DNA from: an uncultured virus (IMG/VR IMGVR_UViG_3300030708_001952)
Lineage: Duplodnaviria; Heunggongvirae; Uroviricota; Caudoviricetes
Length of the DNA stretch: 64,000 nucleotides
Reading direction: 5' to 3' (one strand)
Virus record (IMG/VR): IMGVR_UViG_3300030708_001952
A program made the position numbers and the translations under genes. Under the pieces are notes generated by a model. That model was not told where the DNA came from and did not search any database. It saw only the letters and a program-made list of their open reading frames with translations. This document shows positions 36,525 to 50,400 of the stretch, piece by piece (positions within the stretch are counted from its first letter, which is position 1; each line of letters opens with the position of its first letter).

Positions 36525-39385
36525 TGGCAAAGTATTACTCACAACTCGGACCATCCTGGAGTGGTGTACAAGTCGGTACCATTTGTATGATGCCGAAGGA
36601 TGAGAATGGCGATTATTATGCGCCTGATGGATGGCAAGAATGTAATGGTAGAAGCTTGAATCCTAATGAGTTCTTGGCTTTGTATCAGATCATTGGTAAT
36701 ACCTATGGTGGTAATGCTAGTGCAGAGAATAATTACCCTAGCATCACTGGTACCTTCAAAGTCCCAGACTTGAGAGATAGAAGACCTATTGGTACTGGTA
36801 GACTAAGACCTGATGGTAGTTCTCCTCAACTAATTGATCACGATAGTGGTGATTCTGATACTTGTGGATCAAAAGGTGGACAAAATATCCTAACACTTGC
36901 TGACGTTGCTCCTAGAGTCCAAGTGCAAGAGGGTAGTGTTCAAATTGCATATAATACTAGTAGAACTGCTACGATTTATGGTAATCTTTCTGGTGGTACC
37001 TTAGATGTTACTACTGGTGCTTTGTCAAATCACACAGCACCTAACCAACCTGCTCACTCTCACGGTACATTCAAAAGCGTTTCACCTAGAGGTGGAACGT
37101 TCCAAGCTGACCGTACATCTCCTGGTAATGGTGATAGTGGCATTAAAAGTGGTGCATCAGCTGCAAGTGATCATAATTTTGAGGCAGCATCACCCCCGTC
37201 TGGTACACAACCTCATTCCCACTGGATGAGTTTTAGATCTGCTATCTCTGGTACTTGTTCTTATCACAAAGGCTATGGTGATGCTGTTGGTGCGAGATTC
37301 CAAAACACTAATGGTAACGTTGGTAATGGCTGGTATAACGACTTCTGTAAAGAATCTAATGTGAATATGAACACTCAAGGTGCTTGTCGCCTTGGTTCTC
37401 CATATGATAATGGATCTGCAGGTCACGCTTTAATTAAACCAAAATATAATCAACTTTCATATCAGCTGTCTAACGTTGATGTTAACGGCACCGCTATTGG
37501 ATTTGAATTAGATGTTGACTTGGGTCTTGACAATAACCCTGACATCAAACCTGAATTCCAAGAGACTGCCTATATGATCTATATGGGTGTGAATAGTACT
37601 GTTTACGCTGCACCCCCACCGCCTACTGATACAGGTGATAACACCCCAGATACTCCTGCTAACCAAGTAGTTACCACCAGTACTGCTAGTGGTCTTGCAT
37701 CAACATCTATTACTCTGTCTGGTGCTGATCTTGTATATTCTTTCACTGTTCAGGTTACTAAGACTGGCGGTCAGAATGTCGGTTCTACACCTATCAATGT
37801 GAATGGTCAAGGTGCTGGCGTATCTGGTAGCGCTACTAATGTTATTTCTGGCGATACTGTCAATATGACCCTTGAGGGTCCTGCTGAGGGTGGTGCTAGT
37901 GTTATCTACACTGTCAAGATTTTCTATGGTACAGAACTTAAGACAACCAGCACAATTACTGTTACTTATGCGGCTGCTCCTGCTCTGACTCTTAGCGCTT
38001 CTCCTGAATCTGTTACCTCTGGATCTGCTTCTACTATTACTTGGAGTTCTCCTGGTGCTACTAGTATCACGGCTGTTAGTATTCCTGGTGTTACGACAAG
38101 TTCTACTGCTACAGGTGGAAGTGTAGTCGTCAACCCAACTACTGCTACCACATATTCTATGACGGTGGCTAACACGTATGGAAGTACAACATCTAGTGTT
38201 AGCGTTGGAATACTGGGTCAGGATCCTCCAACAGCATTCGTGACGATCTTCCCGTCCACGATTACAATAGGAGAGTCCGCTATTGTTCAGTACAATGCTA
38301 CTGACGCTACTACGTTTGTTTCTTCTAACATTCCTGGTGCATCTAGCGCTGTTACTCATTCTGTTTCGGTTACACCCACAACCTCTGGTACAATCACATA
38401 TAATGTAGTTGTGAGTAATGCGTATGGAAATACAACAGCTACTGCTGATCTAGTTGTTGATCCTCTGCCGTTGCCTACAGTTTCTCTGTCTGCATCGCCA
38501 TCTTCTTACAACATTAGTGATCCAGATCCTGCTACTGTTACTTGGAGCACTCAGAATGGTGAAACGGCAGTATTTACTTCCAGTCCCACTGATGCAGGAT
38601 GGGATGCTCAGACTACATTGAATGGTTCGTATAGTACAGATGGTATTACTGCCACTACTACTTACACCCTTGCAGTTACTAACTCCACGGGTACTACGAC
38701 ACAGCAGACAACTGTTTCTATTACACAGTTGCCAGTTGTAACGATGACACTGAACCCAACCACTCTGGCTATTGGTAGTGGTGAGTCTAACCCTGTTACA
38801 TCTTCTACTCTTACCTGGAGTTCGACAGATGCAACTACAGTTACTGCGTCGAACTTCAATGCTAGTACTGTCAGTGGTAGTACAACTGTGAGTCCGACAG
38901 AGACCACGACATATAGTTTGACTGTACAGGGTCCTGCTGGTTCTACTACAGAAACTGCTGAGTTGACTGTTAACTGTACTGCTGGTACAGGTACTACAAC
39001 AGCTGGATATGGTACTGGTGTTATTGGTTACCTGGAGTATAATGATGGTACTACAACCAGCAATGAACTTTATGTGACTGGATTTGTGAGTTCTTGGCTC
39101 ACTCAGACTGCTAAGGGATCTATCACCTATCAGCAACTGTTTGATCAGATTGTGACCTCTTACGATAATATCTTGTCTCGTAAGCCTGATGGAAATGCAT
39201 TTGATGGTTGGACTACTGAGTTCATCAACAATGCAAACCTCACAACCTTGACAGACCTCAACACTGCAATCTATAATGATGCGAACGGTCTGGTTCCTGG
39301 AGCAAGTAATGAACTTGGTCAACGTGCTCTGTACAACGGACTGCTGGGCAACTTTAACGAATGCGGTGTAGCAATTTATCCTTGA
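36524..39385 (+). CDS. Tail collar protein with Ser/Thr-rich Ig-like repeats
   Basis: VGTICM, PDGWQECNG, LYQIIGNTYGG, FKVPDLR; repeated P..T.S.SP.....TW(S)...TTY.LTV units. Confidence 0.85.
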   Translation: MAKYYSQLGPSWSGVQVGTICMMPKDENGDYYAPDGWQECNGRSLNPNEFLALYQIIGNTYGGNASAENNYPSITGTFKVPDLRDRRPIGTGRLRPDGSSPQLIDHDSGDSDTCGSKGGQNILTLADVAPRVQVQEGSVQIAYNTSRTATIYGNLSGGTLDVTTGALSNHTAPNQPAHSHGTFKSVSPRGGTFQADRTSPGNGDSGIKSGASAASDHNFEAASPPSGTQPHSHWMSFRSAISGTCSYHKGYGDAVGARFQNTNGNVGNGWYNDFCKESNVNMNTQGACRLGSPYDNGSAGHALIKPKYNQLSYQLSNVDVNGTAIGFELDVDLGLDNNPDIKPEFQETAYMIYMGVNSTVYAAPPPPTDTGDNTPDTPANQVVTTSTASGLASTSITLSGADLVYSFTVQVTKTGGQNVGSTPINVNGQGAGVSGSATNVISGDTVNMTLEGPAEGGASVIYTVKIFYGTELKTTSTITVTYAAAPALTLSASPESVTSGSASTITWSSPGATSITAVSIPGVTTSSTATGGSVVVNPTTATTYSMTVANTYGSTTSSVSVGILGQDPPTAFVTIFPSTITIGESAIVQYNATDATTFVSSNIPGASSAVTHSVSVTPTTSGTITYNVVVSNAYGNTTATADLVVDPLPLPTVSLSASPSSYNISDPDPATVTWSTQNGETAVFTSSPTDAGWDAQTTLNGSYSTDGITATTTYTLAVTNSTGTTTQQTTVSITQLPVVTMTLNPTTLAIGSGESNPVTSSTLTWSSTDATTVTASNFNASTVSGSTTVSPTETTTYSLTVQGPAGSTTETAELTVNCTAGTGTTTAGYGTGVIGYLEYNDGTTTSNELYVTGFVSSWLTQTAKGSITYQQLFDQIVTSYDNILSRKPDGNAFDGWTTEFINNANLTTLTDLNTAIYNDANGLVPGASNELGQRALYNGLLGNFNECGVAIYP

Positions 39386-39388
39386 TTT

Positions 39389-40054
39389 ATGGAAAATAAT
39401 GGAGTGACTCCCATCCGTCCTCTCGAACTGATGATGGATGAGAAGTTGACTAATTTTGATTTTACCGATCACATTGGGGTATGGAAAAACTTTATGCCAG
39501 AGAATGAATGTAAGAAGTTCATTCACTGGTATAAGGCTGCATATCAAAATGCTAGTGTCAAATTCGGTGATGAACTGAACGAACAAAACATCTCAACTGG
39601 TGACTGGCAGTTTCCTGATACCCATCTCGGTAGAAAGGATAAACAGATTATGATTCACCATAATAATCCTGAATTAGCACAGACGTGTGCACAGTATTTG
39701 CAGTCTTGTCTTAATCATTACGTTCATCGGTATGGTCAGTTAATGACACAGCATATGGCTAGTGTTGTTGCTAAGTTTCAACATACTGAAAAAGGTGGTG
39801 GATATCATAAGTGGCACTATGAATCGATGGGGCTGGACCACTCTCATCGTGTTATCGTTTGGACAATCTACTTAAATGATGTTCCTCCTGAATATGGTGG
39901 CGAGACTGAATTTTTAGATCAGTGTCGTCGCGTTCCTCCCACTACTGGCACAGTTGTTATGTGGCCAGCTGGTTATACACACCCTCACAGAGGGAACACG
40001 CTTCTGTCTGGCGATAAATATATTCTGACAGGCTGGTACTATCTCAATTCGTAA
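39389..40054 (+). CDS. 2OG-Fe(II) oxygenase
   Basis: GGGYHKWHYE, IYLNDV, GGETEF, WPAGYTHPHRG, KYILTGW. Confidence 0.9.
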   Translation: MENNGVTPIRPLELMMDEKLTNFDFTDHIGVWKNFMPENECKKFIHWYKAAYQNASVKFGDELNEQNISTGDWQFPDTHLGRKDKQIMIHHNNPELAQTCAQYLQSCLNHYVHRYGQLMTQHMASVVAKFQHTEKGGGYHKWHYESMGLDHSHRVIVWTIYLNDVPPEYGGETEFLDQCRRVPPTTGTVVMWPAGYTHPHRGNTLLSGDKYILTGWYYLNS

Positions 40055-40055
40055 A

Positions 40056-40715
40056 ATGTCGGCACTCAATTTTTCAACAGCACATTTCTATATCAATTCT
40101 TACCAGAAGATGCTGGGCTCCTTCAATAGTGGAGTGCAAGATGTGCAGTGCTTCTATGTAACTGATGATGAATGGGATAACACAGTTCTGCCAGCCCTTA
40201 ATGACATCAACGTCCCTGGTGTTGATGATATGAATATCCTGTGGTATTGGACACCAGCAACAGGATCTGCAGAACTACCATATTATTTGATTGAGAAAAC
40301 TGATAGAACTGGTCAGTTTCCAAATAATTACAACCACACACCTGACACTGGTGGTCCAGTAACTGCAAACATTACTGCTATTGTTGATGCTTTGTATCCT
40401 CTCTTTGAAGCAAAAAGAGATGAGTGGATTGCACAACAGGCAGAAGCAGCGGCTGCAGCAGCAGCGCAAGCGGCGTATGTTGAGACAATGGTCCCTGCTA
40501 ATATGACTACACTGCGTGCAGATCGTGACATTCGTCTGACTAATTGTGACTGGACACAACTTCCTGACTGTCAACTGTCTGATGAAGAAAAAGCAAATTG
40601 GGCAACATACAGACAGAGATTGAGAGATTTTCCTTCTACATTTCCTGAGGACTATAGTCCTGCAGATTGGACTGATTGGCCAGTTACACCTGAATCTTCT
40701 AGTTTCGTTCCCTGA
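40056..40715 (+). CDS. Tail-fibre assembly chaperone-like protein
   Basis: LRADRDIRLTNCDWTQLPD...WATYRQRLRDFP...WP. Confidence 0.85.
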   Translation: MSALNFSTAHFYINSYQKMLGSFNSGVQDVQCFYVTDDEWDNTVLPALNDINVPGVDDMNILWYWTPATGSAELPYYLIEKTDRTGQFPNNYNHTPDTGGPVTANITAIVDALYPLFEAKRDEWIAQQAEAAAAAAAQAAYVETMVPANMTTLRADRDIRLTNCDWTQLPDCQLSDEEKANWATYRQRLRDFPSTFPEDYSPADWTDWPVTPESSSFVP

Positions 40716-40717
40716 TT

Positions 40718-41398
40718 ATGCTTTTTAATTATGAGTTATTGAATGAAGTTCAACTTAATCACGTTGCGAACTTCTATGATATTAGTGAATTTGAAGATGG
40801 TGAAAAAACTGGTTCTGATCATAAAGAACTAAAGCACAATATGCAGATGTTACCTGAGCAAGCAGATGCTTGCTGGAACATCATTCAACAGGCTTTTGAA
40901 CTGACTGATGAGTGTCGGTACTTTATGCAGTTGACGAGAAATACTGTCGGTCTCTTCTGTAGATACACAGAAGGGATGCATTACGACTGGCACGTTGATT
41001 CTGCAGAGATGGATATCAGAAATGACATTAGCACTACATTATTTCTGAATGATCCTAGTGAGTATGAAGGTGGAGAATTGGTACTAAGATATGGTACCGA
41101 ACATCTTTATTTTAAGTTACCTGCTGGTCACGCAATCAGTTATCCAACAGGAACTCCACATAAAGTGATGCCTGTCACCAAGGGAGAGCGTAGAGTTTCT
41201 GTGTTTTGGTCTGAATCTATGTTCAGGAAACAGGCTGACAGGAATTTTATGTTCAATCACTACCAAATGATGTGCTCTGTGTGCAAAGCATTTGGGTGTG
41301 TTCCTGATGATATTGATCCTAATCACCCATTATGGGAAACATTTCAGCACTACGATGCTATCCGCCACGACTTCATAAGGTCCTATGCTGATAAATAA
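40718..41398 (+). CDS. PKHD-type (PiuC/YbiX-like) hydroxylase
   Basis: YDWHVD, DISTTLFLNDPSEYEGGEL, KLPAG, HKVMPVTKGERRV..W. Confidence 0.9.
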   Translation: MLFNYELLNEVQLNHVANFYDISEFEDGEKTGSDHKELKHNMQMLPEQADACWNIIQQAFELTDECRYFMQLTRNTVGLFCRYTEGMHYDWHVDSAEMDIRNDISTTLFLNDPSEYEGGELVLRYGTEHLYFKLPAGHAISYPTGTPHKVMPVTKGERRVSVFWSESMFRKQADRNFMFNHYQMMCSVCKAFGCVPDDIDPNHPLWETFQHYDAIRHDFIRSYADK

Positions 41399-41431
41399 CC
41401 TCTAGGGTAAGTACTGTATCGTTTTCGGATA

Positions 41432-44400
41432 ATGAGCAATAGAATTATTGCAAGGATTTCTAAAGAAAATCAAGCAGCTGCTGTAATCGAGAGAGCAAAG
41501 CAGCGTTTTACGACTCTGGAGAGTTTCCAAGATCTTTCTAGAATTAAGACAATCTTCTTGGATTTCTCGTCGAAAGACGATAACTTCATCAATATCCTTA
41601 AGGGTGATGATTTTCCAGAGGTGCATTCTGCTATCTGGGATAGAGAAACAACTATTACTGGTGTCTATGAAGACACACAGATTGCTAATAATCTGAATGA
41701 TAGTGATGTTCTCCCTATTGAGACCGATCGTTTAGCCGTTGCTACTGCTCTGGCTACCGAAAATGATGATCCTGACCTGCTTGCCCAACAGATCAGTCCT
41801 CAAGCATACGGTAACGTTATCCCTTACAGCGTTGGTGCTGGTACTAATTATGAAATCGATGTTACTATCACCAATACTACTGCTGGTCCGAAGTACTTTG
41901 CAGAGGTAATTTACGAGTGCCCTCAGCTGACATTCCTGATGCCAGGACATACGCTGATTCTCGATGTCTCTGATCCGTCAAACTTTAACTATACTCCTGC
42001 GTTCTCTACCACTCCTGATGGTACACACAATGGTGGTACTGAGTATAATGTTGGTGTGACCCGTGTTGGTACACCTGGTACCGCTGGTGCGCAGATTAGT
42101 CTTACTTACACCCAGACAACACCAAAGCAGATTTACATTTACGCCCAAGAAACACCCAAGGTGGGTGTGCGTGGCAGTGAATTTACTGCTCCTACAGTTC
42201 ACTTCAGAGCCACAATGTTCTGTAAGTGGTATCTGGCAAGAATTTCTCAGCAGACTAATGGTCTTGACTATGGTCTGTACTCCTACACCGAAGATGGTGA
42301 TGGTGTTGACCTGTATGTGATTGACGCTGGTGTGCGTGGTGCGTCACGTCCTGTCAACGCAACTGGTGCTAACCTCCACCCTGAACTGTATCACCCTGAT
42401 CACGTTGCTGACCTGAACGGTGCTACTGAGCAGGCAAACTATCGTGTTTATGAAGTTCCTGGATTTAATTCTGGGTATACTGTTAATGGTGAGGCAAACT
42501 CTAACGAAGATGACAATGGTCACGGTACAAACTGTGCCATCTGTGCTACTGGTTTGCAGCACGGTGTCTCTAGAAAAACTAGGATCTATGCTCTGAAGAC
42601 TCAGGGTAGTAATGGTAGTGGACTGTTGTCCAGTTATGTGAATGCTATCCTTGCTATTATCAACCATAACGATCCTAGCCATCCAAACTGGAAGGGTAAC
42701 AACAGACCTGCTGTGATCAACGCATCTGTTGGTGTTAACATTCCTTCCGAGAACTATCGTTTCGTTCCTCAGAACGAACCTGGATTTGACAGTGGTGCCT
42801 ATGAGGCAGACACTGCAATGGACGACTACGAGAAGTCAGCAAGTGATGCTGGTATTGTGTTCGTTCGTTCCGCTGGTAACGGTTTCGGTTACAACGTTCA
42901 GTATGGTGGTTACCAGGCTAAGTTCAACCCTGGTCCTCGTACTGCTGGTCCTCAAGACTATCAGTACAATATGGAAGGTATTTGTGACAAGATCTCTGTG
43001 GGTGCAACCACGATGATCGATACCTTCACCACGTTCTCTAACTACGGTACTGGTGTTACCACTAGTGCACCTGGTGAGTCTATTTACGTTCCTCTGTATT
43101 ACTGGAACAGCAACAGTGCATACAATACTGTTACTTCTAGTTATTACGGTTGTATTCAAGGTACATCCTTCTCTGGTCCTCTGACTGCTGGTGTGGTCTG
43201 TCAGTACCTGGGTGTGAAGGGCTATCAGAACAGAGCAACCTATGAAGGCAAATCTGTGCCTGCAATGGCAAAAGAATGGTTGCGCAGAAACATTGATTGG
43301 GACTACGAGAGAGCATATAATGGATCTACCACTGCTCCTGTGGGTCAAGAATTTGGTGGCGGCACTGTCAGTCAGTATCCTTACAATGATCTCGATGAGA
43401 TCACATTAGATGGTGTCAACTCTTTTGTTGGTACTGGTGCTGCATCTAACGTTATTAGTATCACACTGGGTAGTGAATACGCTCGCTTTAATCCTACTCT
43501 GGGTGACAAAATTCAGTTCCGTGTTCCGCGTGCTGCTCCCGCAGAAGACATCATTACTGATGTGTGGGTGAGCAGTGGTTCATCTGCTACTGCTGCATAC
43601 TATGTGGCTGGTGGTCTGCTGAATATGGTCACTGACAACAATCCTTCTCCTGGTCTTGTCGGTACCTTCCCCTCTGGTGGTACATCTGGTTACATCTCTA
43701 ACCTGACTGTGCAGAACCAAGGTTCTGGTTACACCTTGACACCTGGTGTTTCGTTCACTGGTGGCGGTGGATCTGATGCAACTGCAACTGCACAGATCAC
43801 ACTAACTGGTGGTGCTGTGACTAGCATCAACGTTGATCAACCTGGTTCTGGATACACTACTGTACCTACAGTTGAGATTACTGGTGATGGTCAAGGTGCA
43901 ACTGCTACAGCACAGATCTCACTGACTGGTGGTGGTGTTACTGCTATCACCATTACTAACGGTGGTTCTGGTTACAACCCACTGAACCTGCCTGCTATCA
44001 CCTTCGGTGGTGGCGGTGGTCAAGGTGCTGCTGCAACTGCCATCGTGACTGATGGTGTTGTGACTGGTGCTAATATCTCTAACCCTGGTTCTGGATATTC
44101 TGAGGCACCTACTGTCACGATTGCTCCATCTGCTCCACCTAACCAAGGTGCTGTCAACTGGGCACCCGACTCTAGTTTTGTTAGCGGTGGTGGATCTACT
44201 ACATCTGTGTCTCTGAACCAGACCACACGTGCACTGACTGCAGTTTCTGACAACCTGCCTCAGCCTGCATTGTATGGTAACTTCCCTAATGCTAACAACT
44301 CTAACGGCATTACTGGTCAGTCCTACAACCACACCTGGATCTACCGTGGTGGTAGAAACCTTGCTGATGCGACACCTATGCTGTCTACAGCAGAACCTAG

Positions 44401-47400
44401 TGTTGGTCTGGCACTTAATGGTATTCAACTGCGTCACTATTCGCACGGTCTTAATACTGACCTGCCTGATGGTACTGGTTGCCCAACTGGATATACATTC
44501 AACACCGTCTTCAACTCTGCGAAGTTTGGTGCTGACAATGGTGGTGGTGCCACTGATTCTAATGGTGCATACTACTACAACAATGCTAAGTTCCTTCTCA
44601 ATACTTGGAAAGGTTCTACTACAACATATACAGTCACAGTCAGTGCTTCTAAGTATTATCTGAATGCTGGCTTGACTCCTAACATCATTCTGACTGAAGG
44701 TAACACTTACTTCTTCGATCAGTCTGATTCTTCTAACACTGGTTATCCCTTCCGTCTCTCTGCTACTCAAGACGGTATCCACACTCAAGGTGGTGTTGAG
44801 TATGAAGTTGGTATCCGCTATCAGGGTACACCTGGTGACGGTCAGGCTGGAACTGGTACATATCTGCAACTGCAACCTAACAGCCCCAACCTTTTCTACT
44901 ATTGCTCTCTGTATTCTGGATACGGTAACGCTGCATCTGTTACAACTAGTGCTAACACTGCTGCATTGCCTTCTCATACTACGAGAGATATTACTGAAGC
45001 AACTGTTCACTCTCCGATCATTGGTTATGCATATGATGGATATCCCATCTATGGTCCCATTGGTTACGCTAGCCCTGCATCGCCAACTACACTGGCGAGA
45101 ATGACATCTTCTTACGCACTAAGAAGTTCACGTCCTGGTGATCAGTATGCTGGTTCTACTTACAACTGGAGTGTTACCGCAGATGATTCGCTGGACTATG
45201 ATTTCACGGGGCAATCGGCAGGTACTGACGTTGCAATTACTGCTAATGTTGGTGATAACCTTGTGTTCAATGTTAACGCTTCTTACACCACTGGTGGCGG
45301 CGGCGGTAGCACACCGAATACCTACAACTTAGTTGTTACTGCATCTAGCTCTAGTGACTACACTGTCTCTGGTTCCGACAGAACTGGTAACATCAATGGT
45401 GCTGACCCTGCACTGACATTCTACGAAGGTGATACTATCAACTTCACGGTGTCTGCATCTGGTCACCCGTTCTACCTGAAGACACAGGCTGGTACTGGTA
45501 CTGGTAATCAGATCTCTGGTGTTACTAACCAAGGTACCGAATCTGGTACTGTATCCTGGACTCCTGGTTCTGGTGATGCTGGTACTTACTACTATCAGTG
45601 TGAGTATCACGGTGGTATGGTCGGTACGATCACTATCCAATCTGCTGGTGGCGGCGGTGGTACAACTGTGACCCACCCGATGTGGATCCAGACTGTTCCT
45701 GCTCCTTACAACCCGACTCAGGTTGTTGCTTCTGTGACGAACAATGGTAGTCACAACGCTACTATTCTGTGGAACACAACAACTGCTGCAGCAGGTACCT
45801 ATTACTATGTGTCTGAGAATGCTCAGGCAATGACGGGTACGATCACACTCTCTGAGCCACAAGGTTATGCACCTTCTACAACTGCATATCCGATGGGTTC
45901 TTTCGTGGAAGACTATGAATATGTGGGAACTGGTTCTCTTGACCGTCGCAACGGTAGATTCGGTATCACACCTGAGTTCCCTGGTGGTACTTACGCTTAC
46001 TTTATGACGGTTGATGCATCTAACAACCCTGCATTCCCGTACATTCTGGGTGATCAATACTATGGTGAAGCAGTTACTGAGGCAATGAATGCACCTCAGA
46101 ACCCTGTCTTCGAGCAACCTGCATCTGCTGGTTGTACCATTGGTACACAGATTGGTGTTGTGTCTGGCGTCACAGTGGATGAAGCTGGTGTTGGTTACAC
46201 CTACGCTAACGTGGCATTTAGTGGTGGCGGTGGTGTTGGTGCTGCTGCAACTGCAAACCTGTCGGTGCTGGATGGTTATGTGTCTGGTCTGACGATTGTT
46301 GATGCTGGTAGTGGATACAACCTGGCACCTACAGTTGTTATTGATCCTCCGAACGTTGCTGGTGGTATTCAGGCTACTGGTGTTGCCACGATTGCTATTA
46401 CATCTGGTAACCCGAATAGCGTTGGTAGTCATTCATTCAACCAGAACTTTAACTGGAGAGGTGGTACCAACTATGGTACTACTGTTAGAACAGAGAAACC
46501 TCTTCGTAGTAACAACCCCTTCGGTCTTACTACCACTGGTGTTCTGATGTATCACTACAGTAAGGAAGAAGGACCGACTCCTGGTTGGACTTACAACAGC
46601 GTGACTAATGGTAACTTGGTCGGTGAAGATGCTTACGGTGGTTTCCCCAACGCTGCGAATGTTTATGGTTACAACAGCAGTAAACTGCTCGCTGCATATG
46701 GTACATCTGCTATCACTGCATCTAGTTACCTGAGTTCTACTTACTTCGATCTGGGTTATAGAACTGTCAACTATGTGGTTACTGTGGCTGATAAGGAGTC
46801 TGGTGATCCATACTTCGGTACTGGTTCTGATGAACAGTTCGTGATCCGTGGTGATGAGTTCACGACTCCTACTGCTGCTCCTACGATTAACTTCACCAGA
46901 GGCAACACATATATCTTTAACCAGAACGACTCTACCAACACTGGCAACCCCATCTATCTGTCAACTACAGACGATGGTGTGCATAATGGTGGTGTGAAGT
47001 ATAGCAGTGGCGTCACATATCGTCTTAATGGCGCTGCTGTAGACGCTGTGACCTATGCAAACTCCTTCGCGACTGCATCTGAGCGTACGGTAACGATTGT
47101 CGTCCCTCAGGACGCTCCTAACACCCTCTACTATGTCGGTACAGGCATCAGAATGGGTAACACTGTGAACGTCAACAGCAACGTTCAGGGTGATTATAAG
47201 CGTCATACAAATGGTCACTCTAAGATCTTGGGTATGTCCTTCGATGGCTATCCGATCTATGGTCCATATGGATACTCTGATGCTTTAGATGCATCGTCTG
47301 CTGTCATTCGTATGAAGACTGCATATGAACTGAAGCTGCCAAACAGAGTGCCTGATATGTTTGGTTCACGTCCTGATGTCAACACCTATCCTTATGGTGC

Positions 47401-50400
47401 ATTTGTTGAGGATTATGAGTATCAAGGCAACATCGATCAAGATGCATTAGAAACTACATTTACTGTTCAGGTTTCTAGTGCTACCAATACTGGTTCTGGT
47501 GGTCGTTATTACATCTCTGGTGGTGGTCTGACAGGTAACGAAGAGAAGCCTGCATTTAACTTCCGTAAAGGTTGTAAGTATATCTTTAATCAGAGTGATG
47601 CTTCCAACACCAGCCACGCTATGTTGTTCTCTACTTATGGTGAAGCAACAGCACAAGGTTGGCACGTGTCTGGTCAGACTGTTGGTGATGTGAACGCTGT
47701 CTATCAGGATGGTATCGTTTACAAACTGGAGAACGTTGCTGTTACCTATGCAGAATACGCTGCTGGTTTCGATACTGCTACACAGAGATCTATTGAGATC
47801 ACACCTACAAGCAGTGCACCGAAGATCCTGTACTACTTCTGCTATAACCATTCTAATATGGCAGAGCGTATTATCATTGGTGACCTGGATAGCAGAAACG
47901 GTCGCTACTGTAAGACTCCTGACTATCCGAATGGTACCTATGCATACTTCATCACTGAAGATGACAATGGTAATCCCGCATATCCTTACATCTTAGGTAA
48001 CGAGTTCTACTCTGATCCTGTGTTCCCTGGTAGCACTCCTGCACCTGGTAGCTCCTATGTCTATGACATTGGTGGTATCGAGTTCAACATTATGGAGAAC
48101 TACTGGCACACCATCACTGATGTGGATCCTGGCAACAATCGTATTGAGATTGAGCCCAACGCTGCACAGTTTACTGCTGCTTACTCTGAGCAAGGTGGCA
48201 ACCTTCTTAAGGTTGCTAACCTGGAAGGCACAAAGCAGCGTAGTGATGGTATCCAACGTTGGATGGATCTGAATCCTGTTGGTAACAAACTGTACTTCCA
48301 GACTGAAGCACAGGAAGATGCTGGTCAAGGTCAAGGTACCGAGATTGTATACCTGCCTGTTGATACTGGTGTTGACACTGGTGTGATGAGTGGTGTTGTT
48401 TCTCCGTTCATCAACCTGTTGACTACCTGGTATACAGCCGCTGGCGCACTGGGTACATTCAACATTGGTGATACTGTCAACCTGCAACTGGGTGTCTCTT
48501 TCCTGAGAACCTATGCTAACGAGACAATCCTTGACAGAGATTACACTCTGTCTGGTGATTCTATTGCAGGAACTGGTCTCTCATTCGATACTGAGACTGG
48601 TGTTCTGAGTGGTGTCTTGACTAACACCACAACGCTGGACCTGACACTTACAGTTGAAGAAAATATTTCTGGGCAAACTCAGACCTATACGATTCAACTT
48701 ACTAACACTACAGTTACTGTTCAGAACATTGAGATCAAGTTTGGTGGTGTCAATAGAACTATCGACTATGATGCTGTTACCAAGCAATACGGACAACCTC
48801 AAGATAATGCTCTCTGGGCAACAAATGAGTGGTATTCACGTCCTCTGACTTATAAGTCTTTCAGAATCATTGCATATCAGACTGGATATGACAATGCAAG
48901 GTTTGAGTATCTGCCTCAGTGGCAAATCTATGCTACTAGAGATGGTAACACTGATTGGCACAACATTAACGAGTACTCGACTGGTAACACTACAGCTGCT
49001 ACATCCTGTGATCAGGAAGGTGCTGACCTCTGGACAAATAATGTCAGTGCCCGTAACTACTTCTACTCTTACATTGAGAGATTTGAAGATGTCACTGGTC
49101 ACGAACTGGCTATCTGTAACCTGATCGTGAATAAGTGGTGGAACCTGGATCAACAGTTGTTCCGCTGTAAACTGCGCTATCGCGTGACGTTTGACCTGGT
49201 GGCATCTGGTACAGACTACGCTACCGTCGTGAACCAGTCTGGTTCTACTGTGTTTGAAGTTGCTAAGGGTGCTACCTATCGCTTCGATGTCAGTGATCCT
49301 TCCTGGGCTGGTAAGGATCTGGAACTGCGTTCCTCTGCTATCGGCAACACTATCACTGGTTCTAAGGTTCGCCGTTATGGCACACCTGGTACCGCTGGTG
49401 CATTTGTTGATTACATTGCACTTGAGACTGAACCACTGTCCAGCATCTACTTCGGTCAAAGTGGTGGTAGCACATTTGCATCGCAGCACCTGGACTTCAC
49501 GAGCACATATAATGCTCTGCTCTCCAACACTCTGCAGTTGACTGTTGCTAACAGACCTGCTCTGCCTGCACAGCCTAACCTCACGATGTATGCTGGTGCT
49601 ACAGCAATTTCTGGTAACACTTACTCTGTTAACACAGAGTACGGTCAGTTGACACACTATCCCAACACTCTTCCTTATCAGTCCTCTGGTAGATTGCCTA
49701 ACTTGGGTCGCTATCCTGTGGAACTGAACTGCAGTGACCAGATGATTGAATATCTCTGGTACAAGAAACTGTATAGCTACAACACCACAACTGGTGCTAA
49801 GTCTTACAACTGGGATACACTTTCAAATACCTATCCTACTTACATTCCTCTTAACTCTCCTCACTTCAGATNNNNNNNNNNACTATGGTAACGATGAAAC
49901 CGCATACCATAGCTCCTGTACTCTGGACGGTGCTAGCATCTACAGAGAGAACTATATCTCGTTCGATGAAGAGTTCCCGCTGCGTGTTGACTACAGTGGA
50001 TCTTATATTGAGATTCCTGTTCAGTCCTCCTCTCAGCTGCTGCCCCCGCTAGACAACGCTGGTGTTCCTATCCGTAACACTGACTTGCCTTGTAAGGGTG
50101 TTCCTCACGGTGAGAACGATCCCAACACTTACTATGTTGTTCTTGGCAATGGTGATGCATACTCCTCTGTCTCTAACGAGATCAGCGTGATTGCTAACCC
50201 GCCTGAACTGGGTATGTGGTGGTATGAATACGACAACGGTTGGACTGGTACCGTTTCTAACGGTTATCTGCGTCACGATCAAGGCTTCGTTGATACTACT
50301 CTGACCTGTGGTGATTACTTCGGTAACGTTCTGGTTCGCTCCTTCGTTATTGACGTGGGTCCTGCACCTCTTAGTGCACTGCCTTACATTGACATCAACA

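Noticed and set aside
49872..49881. Apparent frameshift or split of the giant protein
   Set aside because: 10-N scaffold placeholder; removing it restores a continuous frame (FR-YYGNDE), so this is not programmed frameshifting or a pseudogene.
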